Part shown: piece after piece, positions 12,828 through 26,280 of the stretch | How the letters are laid out: each line of letters begins with the position of its first letter | Position numbering within the stretch: the first letter of the stretch is position 1 | NCBI GenBank assembly: GCA_043228905.1 | Contig: JBHGNT010000014.1 | Coordinates: 10,974,001-11,038,000, forward strand | Length of the DNA: 64,000 bases | Reading direction: 5' to 3' | Source: Azolla caroliniana | Taxonomy: Eukaryota > Plantae > Polypodiophyta | Program-made: the position numbers and the translations under genes | The notes under the pieces: model-generated | The model's input: the letters and a program-made list of their open reading frames with translations, nothing else | Told to the model about the DNA's origin: nothing | Databases searched by the model: none

Positions 12828-15800
12828 TTAATCAGATTCCTCCAGGTCCTTGTTCACATAACTCAAGTCTGTAGGTTCAGTCTTACTATATTCATCGTCG
12901 AGGTGAACGAGGTTAGGATCCTTGTCTTGTCTTTTCTTGAAAATCTTTACTCTTTTTCCCGCAATGGGTATGGCCAACCTTGATCCGTCTAGCTCCGCAA
13001 GGTGGTAGGTGGCATTGTCGTTGGCACTTGTCACCACATATGGTTTGAACCATCTTCTTGCGAACTTTCTTGTTGTCCTGTGTTGATTGTCAAGGTTGTT
13101 GTCGTAGACCAATACCCAATCTCCTTCTTCGATCTTCTTGGGACGCAATCGATGTGTCTTATCCAACTGAATCTTGTTCTTGACTCGGCCTGCCTCGATC
13201 ATCTTTCACGCTTTTTCTAGATCTTCAGGCCTTCTTTCAAGCTGCCTTATCCGTGCCACCAATAATTCTTCTCAGCTCATCTCGTTCTCCCATGGTATCA
13301 CTACCCATGAGGCGATCGTCCTTTTGATGGCCATTACCGGCTTCTGTCCATACATAAACTCTATTGGCATATACCCTATCATTGAACTGTGTGTAGTTCT
13401 GTCGGACCACAAGGCATAGGGCAATAGTCGTGGCCAGTTCCCGACTCAACCGTTGCATGCTCGTACGATGGCTTTGACGGTTGGTCTATGACCTCGCTCG
13501 ATCTTCCCATTCGCTTCTGGATTGTAGGCAGTCATTAGGGAGAGCTTCACGCCTAGTCAATCGAAGAGCTCCGTTGCTTCGCATGCATCCAACTCCCCTC
13601 GATCAGCCACTATCTTTCCCACACATCCGTATCGGCAAACAACCTCTTCGAGTAGAAATTTGCAAACAACTGATGTCATCTTATTTGCCAAAGCCCGTCC
13701 TTCCACTTGATTTGTCAGGTCTTCTCTTGCCAGTACTAAGTACTTCATTTGTCCCACTCCCATTGGCATCGAGACCAAATCCACAATCCATTTGAAGTGT
13801 ATGGTGAGCGGGTATGTCGGTCGTAACTCATCACGATGATGTATGTTCGAATGTACTTGGCAAGTTTCGCATGTGGACACGAAATGGAGTATATCTTTGT
13901 ACATGGTTGGCCACCAGTACTTCTGCTTCAACTTTTTGAACGTCGCCCATGTTTCTCAATGACCTGCCCAAGGACTCTCGTGGAATTCGGTCATCAGTGC
14001 CATTTGCTCTTCTTTCTTCACCACCACTCGACGTGGCATTCCTGTCCTTTTTGGGTGTCGCAAGAGGAATCCTCCCTTTAGGAAGTATTGGTAAGATTTC
14101 TTCTAGATTCGTAGAGCCTCCTCTTTCATCAACGAAGCATCCGTCGTCATTGTTCTTAAGAATTTGCCAATCAATAACCACTCTCCTTCGTACTCGTCCT
14201 CGTTAAAGGCGTGGAGGGTTAGCGTGTCGTTCTCTTTCACTGATAGTCGAGAAATCTGGAAGAAGTCGAGGGTGACATCTTCATCTTCTGAAACCATGTC
14301 ACTTTCATTCTCAAATCTTGCCCTCGACAGCATATCAGCCATGACGTTCTTCTTCCTTGCAATGTGGCTGATCTCTAGGTTTAAAGACTTGATATAGGCA
14401 ATCCACCTTAGCATAGCTAGATCTGGTGTCGCACATCCTGAGATCATCCCGAGAATTGGGAGACAATCTGTCTCAATTATCACTTCTGGCCCGATCAGGT
14501 AGTCTTTGTTCATCTTCACTATAGACACAATACCCCAAAGTTCTCGCTTGACTTGGGTGTATCTTTGTTGTCGTTCACTGAGAACCTTTGCTCCGAACCG
14601 GATGGCATACCGCGCATTATCTTCTCCTTATTGGTTGATGACCCACCCGATTCCGGTTGGGCTTGTACCTACAGTCGAATAAATCGGCTTTCCTTCAGTA
14701 TAGTCGGCCTTCCTTAGCGTTAGAGCTTCAAGAAGTAGTTTCTTCAATCTTAGCATTGCGTTTGTATACTCATCTCGTCATTCGAACTTCATTATTTTCC
14801 TTAGCAATCCATATAATGGCTTGGCGACATGAGCATAGTGCGGAATCCAGATATGATAAAACACGCAACCTCCAAGGAACCTTCGAACCTCCATTTGGTT
14901 TACACATTCTTCTTTCATGTCCTGGATCGCATTCACCTTAGATGGCGAAAGCTTCCGGCCATATGCTCCACATAAGTGACCTACCACCAAGATCTTTGGT
15001 TGTCCGAATGCGGTTTTTTCTCCTGAAAATATCAATTTCGCATCTTCAAGCCTTTGGAGCACCTTCTCGCAATCTTTCATATAATCTACAACGAACTTCC
15101 TACACCCTTCCGTATTTTTCGATTCATCCTTCTCCTCATCCGAACATCCTTTTATGGGAATATCATCCAAGAATGGCATCATGATGTCCGGGATGCAATC
15201 CTTCAAAACCTTGTTCATGGCATTCACCATATGAGCCATGGAGTTCGTTGCACCTTGTGGTAAGGTACACATCCGCACAAGCCCGATCGGAGTCCTCGTG
15301 GTGGTAATGTCACGACTGTCGATCGCCAACTAGAATTGATCGTATCCAGAGTAGAGATCACCAATGGAGTAGATAGACTGGCCTGCAAACGCTTCGGCAA
15401 ATTCATCCACACTCGGACCGATTGCAGCATTCCAAATTGTCACCTTGTTGACGGGTTGAAGATCTTGGATGAATCACAATGATCCATTCTTCTTCGGCAC
15501 CGTGAACCACCTATTAGAATAGGAAGTATTCGACGATTCCCAAATTCCCATATCCGCCTTCTCCTTTAAGAGCTCGATCAGCTTCGGTAGGTGTGCTCAT
15601 AGAACCGGTAGCGGTTTCAAATTCCAAAGCACGTGCGGCACCGTGAAGATCACCATCGGTTCTATCGTCCTTTGCTCAGCACATCCAATTTCTTGGAGGG
15701 GAAATGCGAAAGCCTTCCCATGTCTTTCAAGAATTCCACGGAACATTCACTCCTCTTCAAGGAGGAGGAAATCCTCCTTCCCAACCCGTAGCTTTCTTTT

Positions 15801-16030
15801 CGTCTCTTCGGTGAAGACATGACCTATTGCCTTTGGATCCCTTAAGCTTGGATCATTAGAAACTTCCTTCATCTTTTGCCAGCTATGTTTTGGTAGCGGA
15901 ACCGCAACTGACTTGATTTTTCTATCCACTGTTTTATATTTTGTGTTGACTCCAGCTTCCTACATCAAGATGCCTCGATGATATTCATCGATGATAGCGT
16001 ACATGTTGACGGAGTTAACCGAAATCACGT
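12828..16030 (-). pseudogene. Pol (RT-RH-INT) of element C; N-terminal part at 52479-52776
   Basis: LPQGATNS, MPFLDD, ETDCLP, REDLTNQVEGRAL; broken by stops; homologous to the intact F pol. Confidence 0.9.
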
Positions 16031-17115
16031 TGTCGTAGGGTGAGTCACACACTACGTGAAATATGTAAAACACTATATCCGATTTGGAGTACGTATAATA
16101 AATAATAAATAAAATATTAAAAATATTTATTACGTGCATAGGGTAGGATTCGAACCCTGTACCTCCACATAGACAAACCCCATCCTTTCCACTATACTAG
16201 CATATTTTGAATTGTAAAGTTATACTAAACTTTATCCCATGTAAATATTCTAGATATGCATGGTACAAAAAGTTATTCATGCATACACACTCGAGTTAAA
16301 AGAAAAGATGGGATAGAAAGCTAATCATACACATGCAGTGTGCATGAAAACTAAAGTTAGGAAAAGCATGATTCTTGCATGTGATAAACTTAGACTCTTC
16401 CAACACAATATAAGGAAGAGAGAAAGATGTATAATGGTGGTTGTTTTGTTTTAGAAGGATTGATTCATACAAAATATTCGTGGGATTCTCAATTTTACAA
16501 TCTAATTCTCTCTTACAATCTAATTACCCATTGATACATTATACTCGTGGGATTCACGAGTTTCATATCTTCTTCTTATAATCTCTTCCTAATGAACATT
16601 ATCTCATATCCTTCTTGAAGTTAAAATCGTTGCCGGCCACAACCGGTTGTACGTGTGCGGAATAATAGTCAATCTAATGGAAAGGAAAAACATAATACAA
16701 AAACTTAGAATGACACAAATTTTAACGTGGAAACCCGAACTGGGAAAAACCACGTGGAGTCCACAAACTCCGAAACAGAACACTATGAGAGAAAGGAATA
16801 CAATCAGAGATCTCAGAGGCAACGACCTCGAGATCCCGCTTCGCCAACAGGCGGCTATGGAGCTCACACTCGTTCACTCTCACAGTTACAGAGGCAACAA
16901 CCTCGTCAATAGTAACTTTACAATAACGCACATATCTAACATGATTGCCCTAAGTACTTATATACTCATGTAATCTTTCGACTATTTACAAGTTTAGCCT
17001 TCCGTGTTGGCTATCTCCACGATTTCCCGTTTCTTCTCACTTCCCATCCAGAGGGACCTATTTCCTAACACTTCTTCTCACTCACGCAAACGATCCGGCG
17101 TCGAAAGGCACGACA
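16031..17115 (+). repeat. 5' LTR of element D (contains a copia solo LTR and a ~30-bp U5 deletion)
   Basis: Aligns to 51823-52478 on both sides of 16616-17070. Confidence 0.9.
16616..17070 (-). mobile_element. Copia-type solo LTR related to the element H LTR
   Basis: TG...CA termini; 5-bp TSD CTTCT; shares TTAACGTGGAAA, GGCAACGACCT and CCCATCCRGAGGGACC motifs with the H LTR. Confidence 0.85.
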
Positions 17116-17153
17116 AAATTGGTGAACCCGACGTGAACACGGGTGGCAAGGAG

Positions 17154-19422
17154 ATGGAAAATCAACCGAAGGCTAACAACATGATGATAATGTTCAAGCA
17201 GATGCTTCAAGAACAACGTGCGATGTCGGAGATAGCGGCGGCAGTAGAGTGGCTCGTGCAACGGATCGGGCAATTCAACGGAAAGGACGTATCACGCTAT
17301 CTTCAGGACTACAAGGTGGAAATGATACGGTGCGGGATTTTGGAAGGACTGCAAGTGACATCCTTCAATCCGGTAGCTACTGACGGGCTTCAAACAAGTA
17401 TCCACGGGATACGACAACAAAATCCGACATGGGAAGCATTTGAAGAGGCGCTAAAGACCACATTAGCTATCGAGGACTCCTCCAAGGCAACGCAGAGAGG
17501 ATTTGAGAATTGGGTGGAAATGCCGGACAAGGGGATGAAGGTCCTCGATGTGTTTTCGGCATTCGAAAGTCGGTTCGGGAGGTTGTCTACGAGAGATCAA
17601 GCTATCCTCGCATCCGACAAAGTTATCATGTTCTTATGAGCCGTAGACATCCGGGACCGGAAGGATCTTAGAGTGCTTCTAGAGGACACGACTACCGAGA
17701 GTGGCCTCACCGAAACATGGGAAAGCGTGCGGGATATTGTCGCACGATATACAAAGAGGGGGCAATGGCTTGCTAACGAAGAAAAGAGGGTTTCAGAACC
17801 GATTCCGAAACCGCTGGATTGGGTGGAAACACCGGACAAGGGGATGAAGGTCCTCGATGTGTTTTCGGCATTCGAAAGTTGGTTCGGGAGGTTGTCTGCA
17901 AGAGATCAAGCTATCCTCGCACCAGACAAAGTTATCATGTTCTTACGAGCCGTAGACGTCCGGGACTGGAAGGATTTTGGAGTGCTTCTAGAGGACACGA
18001 CTACCGAGAGTGGCCTCACCGAAACATGGGAAAGCGTGCGGGATATCATCGCACGATATACAAAGAGGGGGCAATGGATTCCAAAACCGAGATCCGGATT
18101 GGAAGACCATCAACCGCGGGCTCGGGAGGCTACGGCCGAGAAAGGAATCGACGCATCCACGGTGGAGCAATTGCTGAAGGGGATGGAGAATCTGAAAATC
18201 ACGATGGTAAAGAAGACGGAAGACCGTCCCATAAGTTCCAAGTACATGGACCGTCGATGCATATGGTGCGATAGCACCGAACATGACGGGATCTTATCTA
18301 CTACGAGAGAAATCAGATTCCTTCGATGGATTCTCGGAAGGAACTCCGACCGAACTTCCGGAAAGGTGGCATGAAGAAGGTCCTAGAGGACGAGATTGTG
18401 GCGAAAGACAATTATGCAACAACTGCGGGAATACGTGTGGGGGAGTCATCTGTAGCAAAGGCGTCTTTTTGGCCGGAAGTGTTAGAAATTTCGAAGAAAG
18501 CCGACCATGATGAAATCCGAAGCGCCGCAGAATGTATCCGGGAAGCTATGGGATGGGAGTGCCCCGTAGATAAGAATAGCGTACATGTGCTATGTCAATT
18601 GCATGAAGTGTATGTGGATGAAAAACAACGGCGCACGGACCATCAAAGACACCGGAAAGCTAGAACTCCGGAGGGAAGGGAAAAGAAAAGACGATTCCGG
18701 CATTCAAGCTCCCCTTGGACATTGAACAACAAACGGACTTGAAAAAGGTGTTTGAGGAGAGAATTCTCGATAGCTGGGTAGAATTTTCGCTTTGGGAATT
18801 ACTCGGAATAGCGAAGAAGGAGTTCCACGATCTTCTTGTGGATCTTGTGAAGAGAAAAAGACAAAGTACGGAGGAAAATGCTCCAAGGGTGAATGCAAAT
18901 ACCGTCTTAATGAATGACACCGAAGTGGAGGACGAAATACCGAACTCCCACTACACAAGGCCACACTGGGCACATGCAACTACGGAGACTCCGGTCCGAA
19001 TCGGCAACATCAAAGAGCCCGTGCTAGCATTGATTGATCACGGATCGGAGATCAATTTGATGTCCAAGGAGTTCTACCGGAAGGGGAAGTGGCCTATAAA
19101 CACTAACCATGGATGGAAGATCCGGGCAGCCACTAAAGCAACAGAAGATCTATTTGCGGCTAGTCCGGATGTGACGGTGAAGATCGGGGATGTCGAGATC
19201 GACCAAAATTTCTTCGTACAAGATGAGGTTTCACATTCCGTGATCCTTGGGCAACCATTTATCATGGCATCACGAATGGAGACGAAGGTGCTCGATAGCG
19301 GTGCGGCTTTCGCACGAATTCGGAGCCAAAGCGGAGGGAAATTCGTCCAATTCCTAACTGTGCCGGCAAATCATGAAAGGAACAAGAGAGATCTCTTGTC
19401 CCAAACAAGGATGGATTTTTAG
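17154..19422 (+). pseudogene. Gag-protease ORF1 of element D (disrupted)
   Basis: GQFNGKDV, CIWCDSTEH knuckle, ALIDHGSEINL protease, ILGQPF; ends DF-stop at the slippery site. Confidence 0.88.
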
Positions 19423-22400
19423 AGCGGATTGTTGCAGAGTGGGGAAGTGATAGTCCGAGAAGCCTTGATACCCCACACAGGAAGAAAACTCTCGGATCAA
19501 AACAAGTACGAATCGGTCCGGATGGGGCATCTACGTACACGGCCGTAACTGGAGGAATGAAGAAAGAATACCGAAAAGTGGAGGATAAGTTACGGTCGGC
19601 ATCAATAATAAAAGAAGACGAAGAAATTGTGGGAATAGTCGAAGAAGTGTTCTATGGGAGCACACTACAATGGCTTGAAGAGCTTGAGGAAGATACAAGC
19701 TAGGGAAACCGGGTAATTCCGGTGGAATCGGTGGAGATGTACGAGATCATTGCGAAAATGGGGCCGGATGCGCTCCGCAAAGAAGAAGCAATGGTAAGTA
19801 CGAAATACAAGACCGTGGAGAAGAAAGTGAAACCGGCCAAGGGACCATTACCCTCCGATAGCGAGCAAAAGAGGAAAGAAGTCTCGAGAGACCCGACACT
19901 TCGGAAGTCCGTGGATATCAGACATGCCTTCACGAATGAGACCCGGAAGAAACTTCGGATTGGTGGAGGTGGTTTCCATTTACAAAATGAAGAAGAACGA
20001 TTACGTGGGATGTTGGAACAACATGGGAAAGCATTTGCATTCACATTAAAGGAGATAGGGTGGGTTGATCCGAAGATAGTGGACCCGATGGTGATCTTCA
20101 CGATTGACCATGTGCCGTGGAACTTGAAGCCGATTCCGGTGCCGCGGACGCATATTCCGAAAGTCATCGACTTGCTCAAGGAGAAGGTGGCAATGGGGAT
20201 TCTAGAGCCATCAAACGCTCCATACTCAAATCGATGGTTTACAGTTCCGAAGAAGAATGGGTCACTCCGATTTATCCAAGACTTGCAACCGGTGAACAAA
20301 GTCACGATCCGGAACTCCGGAGTCGGTCCGATAGTGGACGAATTCGCGGAAGCATTTGCCCATCGTGTGACATACTCCATTGGAGACCTATACTCAGGGT
20401 ATGACCAATTCCAGCTAGTTGTGGAGAGCCGAGACATCACTACCATGCGGACACCGATAGGATTAGTCCGAATGTGCACACTACCACAAGGAGTGACAAA
20501 CTCGGTTGCACATATGATGAACGCAATGAACAAGGTGCTTCAAGACTGCATTCCGGTGATAACGATGCCGTTCCTAGATGACATTCCGATGAAAGGATGC
20601 GCGGTAGAAGAAAAAGATGAAACTATGGATGATCGGGGATGCCGAAAGTTCGTAGTCGAACATATTCGTGATTGCGAGAAAGTCCTTCGGAAGTTAGAAG
20701 ATGTGCACCTAAGCCTTTCCGATGAGAAATCCCCACTCGGGCAAGAAGACATATTGGTAGTCGGACATCTATGTGGACCCTACGGCCGAAGACCGTCACC
20801 AACCAAGATCGATGCGATTCAAGCTATGAAAGAAGTATGCGAGTCACAATCCGAAGTCCAAAGATTTCTTGGAGCATGTGCATTCTATCACATATAGATT
20901 CTGCACTATGCACATATTGCGGACCCACTCTATCACTTATTGCGGAAGGGTAAGAAGTTCGAGTGGAAATCGGAGCATACCAAAGCCATGAAGAAGCTCA
21001 AGAAATCAATACGGAGGGCAAAAGCCCTAAAGAAGCCGAACTATGACCGACCGATCATAGTAACGGTTGACACAAGTCGAACCGGAATCGGATGGGTCAT
21101 CAATCAAGCCGACTCAGATGGTTCGCGATATCGAATCTGATTCGGAGCAAAGGTTCTCAACGAAAGGCAACGCGGATATGCACAAGTCAAAAGAGAATTA
21201 TGGGGAGTCATGTCGGCAATCAAATCGGATTGAGATTATTTGATCAGAGCCGAAGTACTGATCGAAACGGATTGTCTTCTGATACTCGGAATGATGCGGT
21301 GTTGCACGATACCGGATGTGGCTATGCTAAGGTGGATTGCATATGTTAAGTCACTTAATCCGGAGGTATGACACATCTCCGGAAAAGGCAACGCGGTAGC
21401 GGATATGCTATCAAGGGCGCGGTTCGGAGATGACATAACCGAATCCGATAATGAAGAAGTTTCCGAAGACTACTTTGCTTCGGAGCACATATGCCAGGTA
21501 AACGTAATCCGAGAATTCCGAGAAGAAGAATACGAGGGAGAAAGGTTGTTGATCGGGAAAGTGCTACAAGAAATCAAGGAATCATCAGACAATAAAGAGA
21601 AGAGAGCCGATATCCGAAGTAAGAAGCGGCAAGTCCGAAAGTTCTTCTTGAAAAATGGATTAATATGGAGGGAGCCCAAAAGACTAGACGGCATACCACT
21701 TCGGGTAGTCGGGACGAAAGAGCAACGAAACCGGATAATGTCCGAATTTCACGAATCCGATTGGGCTGGACATCGAGGAACATGGGCAACTTTTGTGAAA
21801 ATCAAACAAAAATATTGGTGGAAGAATATGTACAAAGATATAGCAGAGTTCACGGAAAGCTGCGAGAAGTGTCAAATCTACTCCGGAGTTCGACACCGAG
21901 ATGAGTACATCCAACATTCTTACCGACAATCAACTTCAAATGGATGGTCGATATTGTAGCCATGCCAACCGGGATCAGACAAAAGAAGTACTTGGTGTTA
22001 GCTCAGGAAGATCTCACAAACCAAGTAGAAGGTCGAGCGCTACGGAGGAAAACGTGTTCTGTGGTATGCCAATTCCTTTTGGAAGAAGTGTTTTGCAGGT
22101 ATGGGTGCGTAGGACAAGTGATTGTGGATTGGGGAGAACTCGACTCTGATAAAGCTAAGGAATTCTTCACCCAACATGGAGTTGGGTTAACACTAACAAC
22201 GACATACAATCGAGAGGCCAACGGGAAAATCGAACGAGGACATAGTCTGACCGTCAAAGCACTTGCCAAAGCATGTGACGGAAGGGTGAAGGATTGGCCA
22301 CAGATGCTCCCGTATGCACTATGGGCGGATCAGACGACGCATAGCTTCGTAACCGGTTACATGTCAGCAAAACTCATGACCGGACAAGCATTGGTAATGC

Positions 22401-22505
22401 CAACGAAAACCGCGATCGCAACATGGACAATGCTACCGTGGAAAGAAGAGATGAGCCAGGAAGAACTACTAGCGGTCCGGATACGACAACTAGAGGGAAG
22501 ACCAG
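19413..22505 (+). pseudogene. Pol of element D (-1 frame); integrase tail resumes at 51341-51766
   Basis: RT, RH and INT motifs; frame restored across the E insertion (LEGRP/EDIVEAIR). Confidence 0.9.
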
Positions 22506-23430
22506 TGTTGTGATGTAGCGTGCTCGAGGGTGGCAAAAACCGGCGAAAGGTGGGGGGTCAAAAATGTGCATGTGCAATGTGTGTGCACACAAAAGCGATT
22601 AATTGTGCATATGCAAAATAAAAAGGAAAAGAAAGGGTAAAAAGGAGGTATAGAAGCTCGTACAAAAAGTAAGAGAGAGGAGAGATAAAGGGTAGAGGGG
22701 AGACATGCTATAAATTTATAGAGAGAGCATTATATATTATATAAGAGACAGTTAGTGGGCTAGTGGATAGTCACATTGATTACTAGTTGGAGGTGCAAGG
22801 TTCAAATCTAGTCTTACAGTGCAGTGTGATTTAAGGAATTTTATTCCTTTTTCATTGAAGACAAATTTGGCGACCCCCCCTTCTTTAATTCCTATAGAAG
22901 GAGATCGAGGGGGGCTCATTCGAGAGGACGTTTTGGGAGAGGGAGACTATCGCCAATTTTCCTTCCAAGCTCTTCATCTCCTTATTCACCACTTCTCTTC
23001 ATCTCATACCCCGTCATCCCCCCATCACCACGTGCTCGTCTTATTCGCATCGACACTCGAAGTGCTCGTGAGCCCAAGCTTCGTTGGTTAAACGTTGCTC
23101 TGCCCCGTTCGTCGTTGCGAGCCCGTGTGCTTGCAGTTCGAGTGGTCGTGGTTCGTTGGGATTGGCATTTTGGTGGTGCTCGTGTGTTCATCTTCGCCGT
23201 GTTCGGTTTTGCCTTGTCTCTAAGGGCATTTAATATATATGTTTTGATTGAGCTTATGGTTAACTATAAGTTTCCATTGTAAACAAAACCCTATTTTATA
23301 AAGGGTCCTCTTGCGTTAGAATCGAACACTATTTATCTCTTTGCTCAATATCATGCGTGTTTCTTTCTCTCCTTCTTTCTTTATTCCTGTCTTTCTTGTA
23401 CGTTCGGCCGTCTTGTGACGAGGGGACCGT

Positions 23431-24673
23431 TGTCGTGTGAATCTTCACACACTATGTAAAAAAATAATGAAATAATTATTATAGATTAGATTAGTAGCTT
23501 ACTATAGAAAGATGGATATACTCAAGAGCTTCAAAATGTATTTTACTATATACAAAATGGAGAAATACATATCAAGTTATGGGAAAATGAAGTTTGATTA
23601 GATAGAGAAATTAGAACTATCCCACATAGATAGGAAAGTTAAGGCCCTGGTTATATAAACACCTTGAGCTCCCTCATTTTTCATTTGTGTTGAGAGAACT
23701 TTGGCCACTTTGTCTTGATGGATGATGGTGGCCAAAATCCCTAAAACCGGAAATTGGCCGGTAAGCAAATCCGGAAACGGGCCGGTAATCAAAACCGGAA
23801 CCGGAACGGGTATGCAAACCGGAAACCGGCCGGCAAGCAAAACCGGAAACCGGCCGGTAAGCAAAACCGGAATCGGAATCGGCAAGCAAACCGGAACCGG
23901 AACCGGCAAGCAAACCGGAACCGGAACTGGCAAGCAAAACCGGAACCGGAACCGTAACCGGCAAGCAAACCGGAACCGGAACCGGCAAGCAAACCGGAAC
24001 CAGAACCGACCGGCAAGCAAAATGGAACCGGCTACCGGACGATGTTGGACGCGGACGGACGAAAGATTGGATCATGCAACAAACTAAAGTAAAGTGAAGA
24101 GAACTAAAGTAAAGGCCATGTGGACGCAAGCAACTAAAGAAGGGAGTGCATGGAAAAAGTAAAGGTCATGTGGACAGTCACATGCAACCAAAAGAAAAAG
24201 CTAGGGAACTAAAAGTAGAGGCCATGCAACAAAAAGTGAAAAGGCTATGATCAAGAGAGAACTCCATTTTTATTCCATTTGTTTTTTTCTACACTAGGAG
24301 AGACTCTCCATTTTTTTTATTTTATTTTTCTTCTCAACTCTCTTATCTTAGGGAAGCCATAACTCTCGAAAACCCAAAAATTCCCTACGGAAGCCATAAT
24401 ACTCATATAACCTAATCCTAATCTTCCCTACAGAAGCGATATCTCTCAAAACCCCTAATTTTTTTCTTTTCTATTAATCTTAGTAAACCTAAAACTTCTA
24501 AATCCCAATCTTGGGACATATTGTAATTTCTTTTTCCTTTGTTAATGAAAATGATTAAATTTCTTCTTTCTGTTAATTGTTAAAAATATAAACGCACACA
24601 TGTGATTATCCTTCGGTCGGAGGCCCCGGGGTCCTGCCTCAAGTTCGCGTATCCTCGTCGTATTTTCGCGACA
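23431..24673 (+). repeat. 5' LTR of element F with an AACCGG/GCAAGCA array (~23745-24035)
   Basis: Nearly identical to 35956-37337 apart from array length. Confidence 0.95.
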
Positions 24674-26280
24674 TCTTTGGTGAACCCGACGTGAAGCGAG
24701 GCAGTAGGAGGATATCAAGTACGAAGATGGCTTCGACAAGTGGAACTCAAGGAGAAGAATTGACGAAAGGCATGGTGTCCGTCGTCGAATTCATGCTGAA
24801 AGAGAGAGATCGGGAGGCTTTAGTCGACAAAGTTGTTGACCGAACTGTGGAGACAGTTGGAAGATTTGGTGGGAAGAACATCACAAATTTCCTTGCTACC
24901 TACCGGAATGAGATGCAACAAAGAGATGTCCATGATCCAAAACAAATTTCAAGCTTTAAGCGAGTGGTAGAACCCGGGATCCGTGAGCGCGTGATGGAGA
25001 TCCAAAACGAGCATGCAACTTGGGCGGAGTTCGAAAGGGCTCTTCTCACTGAATACATGCTTGAAGACGCATCGCGGATGACTCGGCATGCGTTAATGAA
25101 TTGGATCGAGAAGAAAGGGAAGAATCTATGTGCATCGGGAATTTATGCCGAATTCGACCAGAAGTACCATCGACTTCCGAGTGTCGAGCAACAAGTTCTT
25201 GACGGAGATAAAGTCTTGCTATTCCTAAAGGCAATGGATGCGAAAGATCGGCGAGAATTGGGTAGTTTCTTGGAGGATGAAACACAACCAAATGGTTTGG
25301 TAGCGGACTGGGCGGCGGTGAAGAAGGCTTGTAGCCGTTTTGATAAGCGGCGACAATGGCAAGAGGAAGCTGAGGTCGAGAATCCACAATTGTGGAAGAA
25401 GGCACCTACGACGATTGAGCCTGGTAAGCCGATCAACAATTTCGACAAGAAAGCAATGGAGGAGTCTATAATCGAAGAGCTCTCCAAGAAGTTTGAAGCG
25501 GTATCGCTAGCCAACTTAGGTCGACGCGGGCCCAAGGGAAAAGAAGCGTATAGATGTGTGTGGTGTGATAGCTTTGAACACTCATGAAGGGAATGTGTTG
25601 ACTTGCAAGATGCAATCCGCAAGAATGTCGTCTATTTGGACGGCAACATGATTCACTCAAGCGAGACCCGGAAGCCACTACGAGTGAACTTCGGAAGAGG
25701 TGGGCTGAAAAAGATTGTAGAAGAAGAAGATGCAAGGCATGTGGAGGCTATGCACTATGCCGCTTCGGCTGGGATACGAGTTGGAAAAGAGAATCTTAAA
25801 ATGATCAAGCCAGGAGCTGGGTTTTGGCCAACGGTTTTCGAGTGCGAAGAAAAAGGCAAAATCGATTCAGAGGATCTAAAACTTGCTGACCGAAACGTGC
25901 GACGAGCAACGGGATGGTCAGATCCAATCAATGAAAACACAAGCTTTGCGGAGGTTGTGTGTGACACCTATGAAGCCCTTGTTGAAGAGAAGAGGAAGAG
26001 AACTGGTGAAGAAGATGGCACATCAAAGCGACCTAACACGAGGAACGGAGGGAAAGAAGGGCCACCCCAACCTATCCCAAGAAAAGAGATTGGTGAAACA
26101 AACATGAAGCCCGGTGGATCGAGCCAACCTGCTCGGATGGAAGTCGAAGAATCAACGAAGGAAAAGAACGAGCGCCACCGACTTACAAGCTAAGGTCGGA
26201 CATAGAACAAACAACTAACTTGCGGAAGGTCCTTGAGGAGAAGGTTTTAGATAGTCATGTCGACCTTACCTTGAGAGAGC

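Noticed and set aside
19700-20533. 277-aa antisense ORF
   Set aside because: Shadow of the RT frame; not kept at this length in the homologous elements.
23598-24129. PVPV-, RFRF- and GSGS-rich ORFs (also 36123-36794, 11997-12372, 55554-55971)
   Set aside because: Translations of low-complexity CCGG arrays in LTRs.
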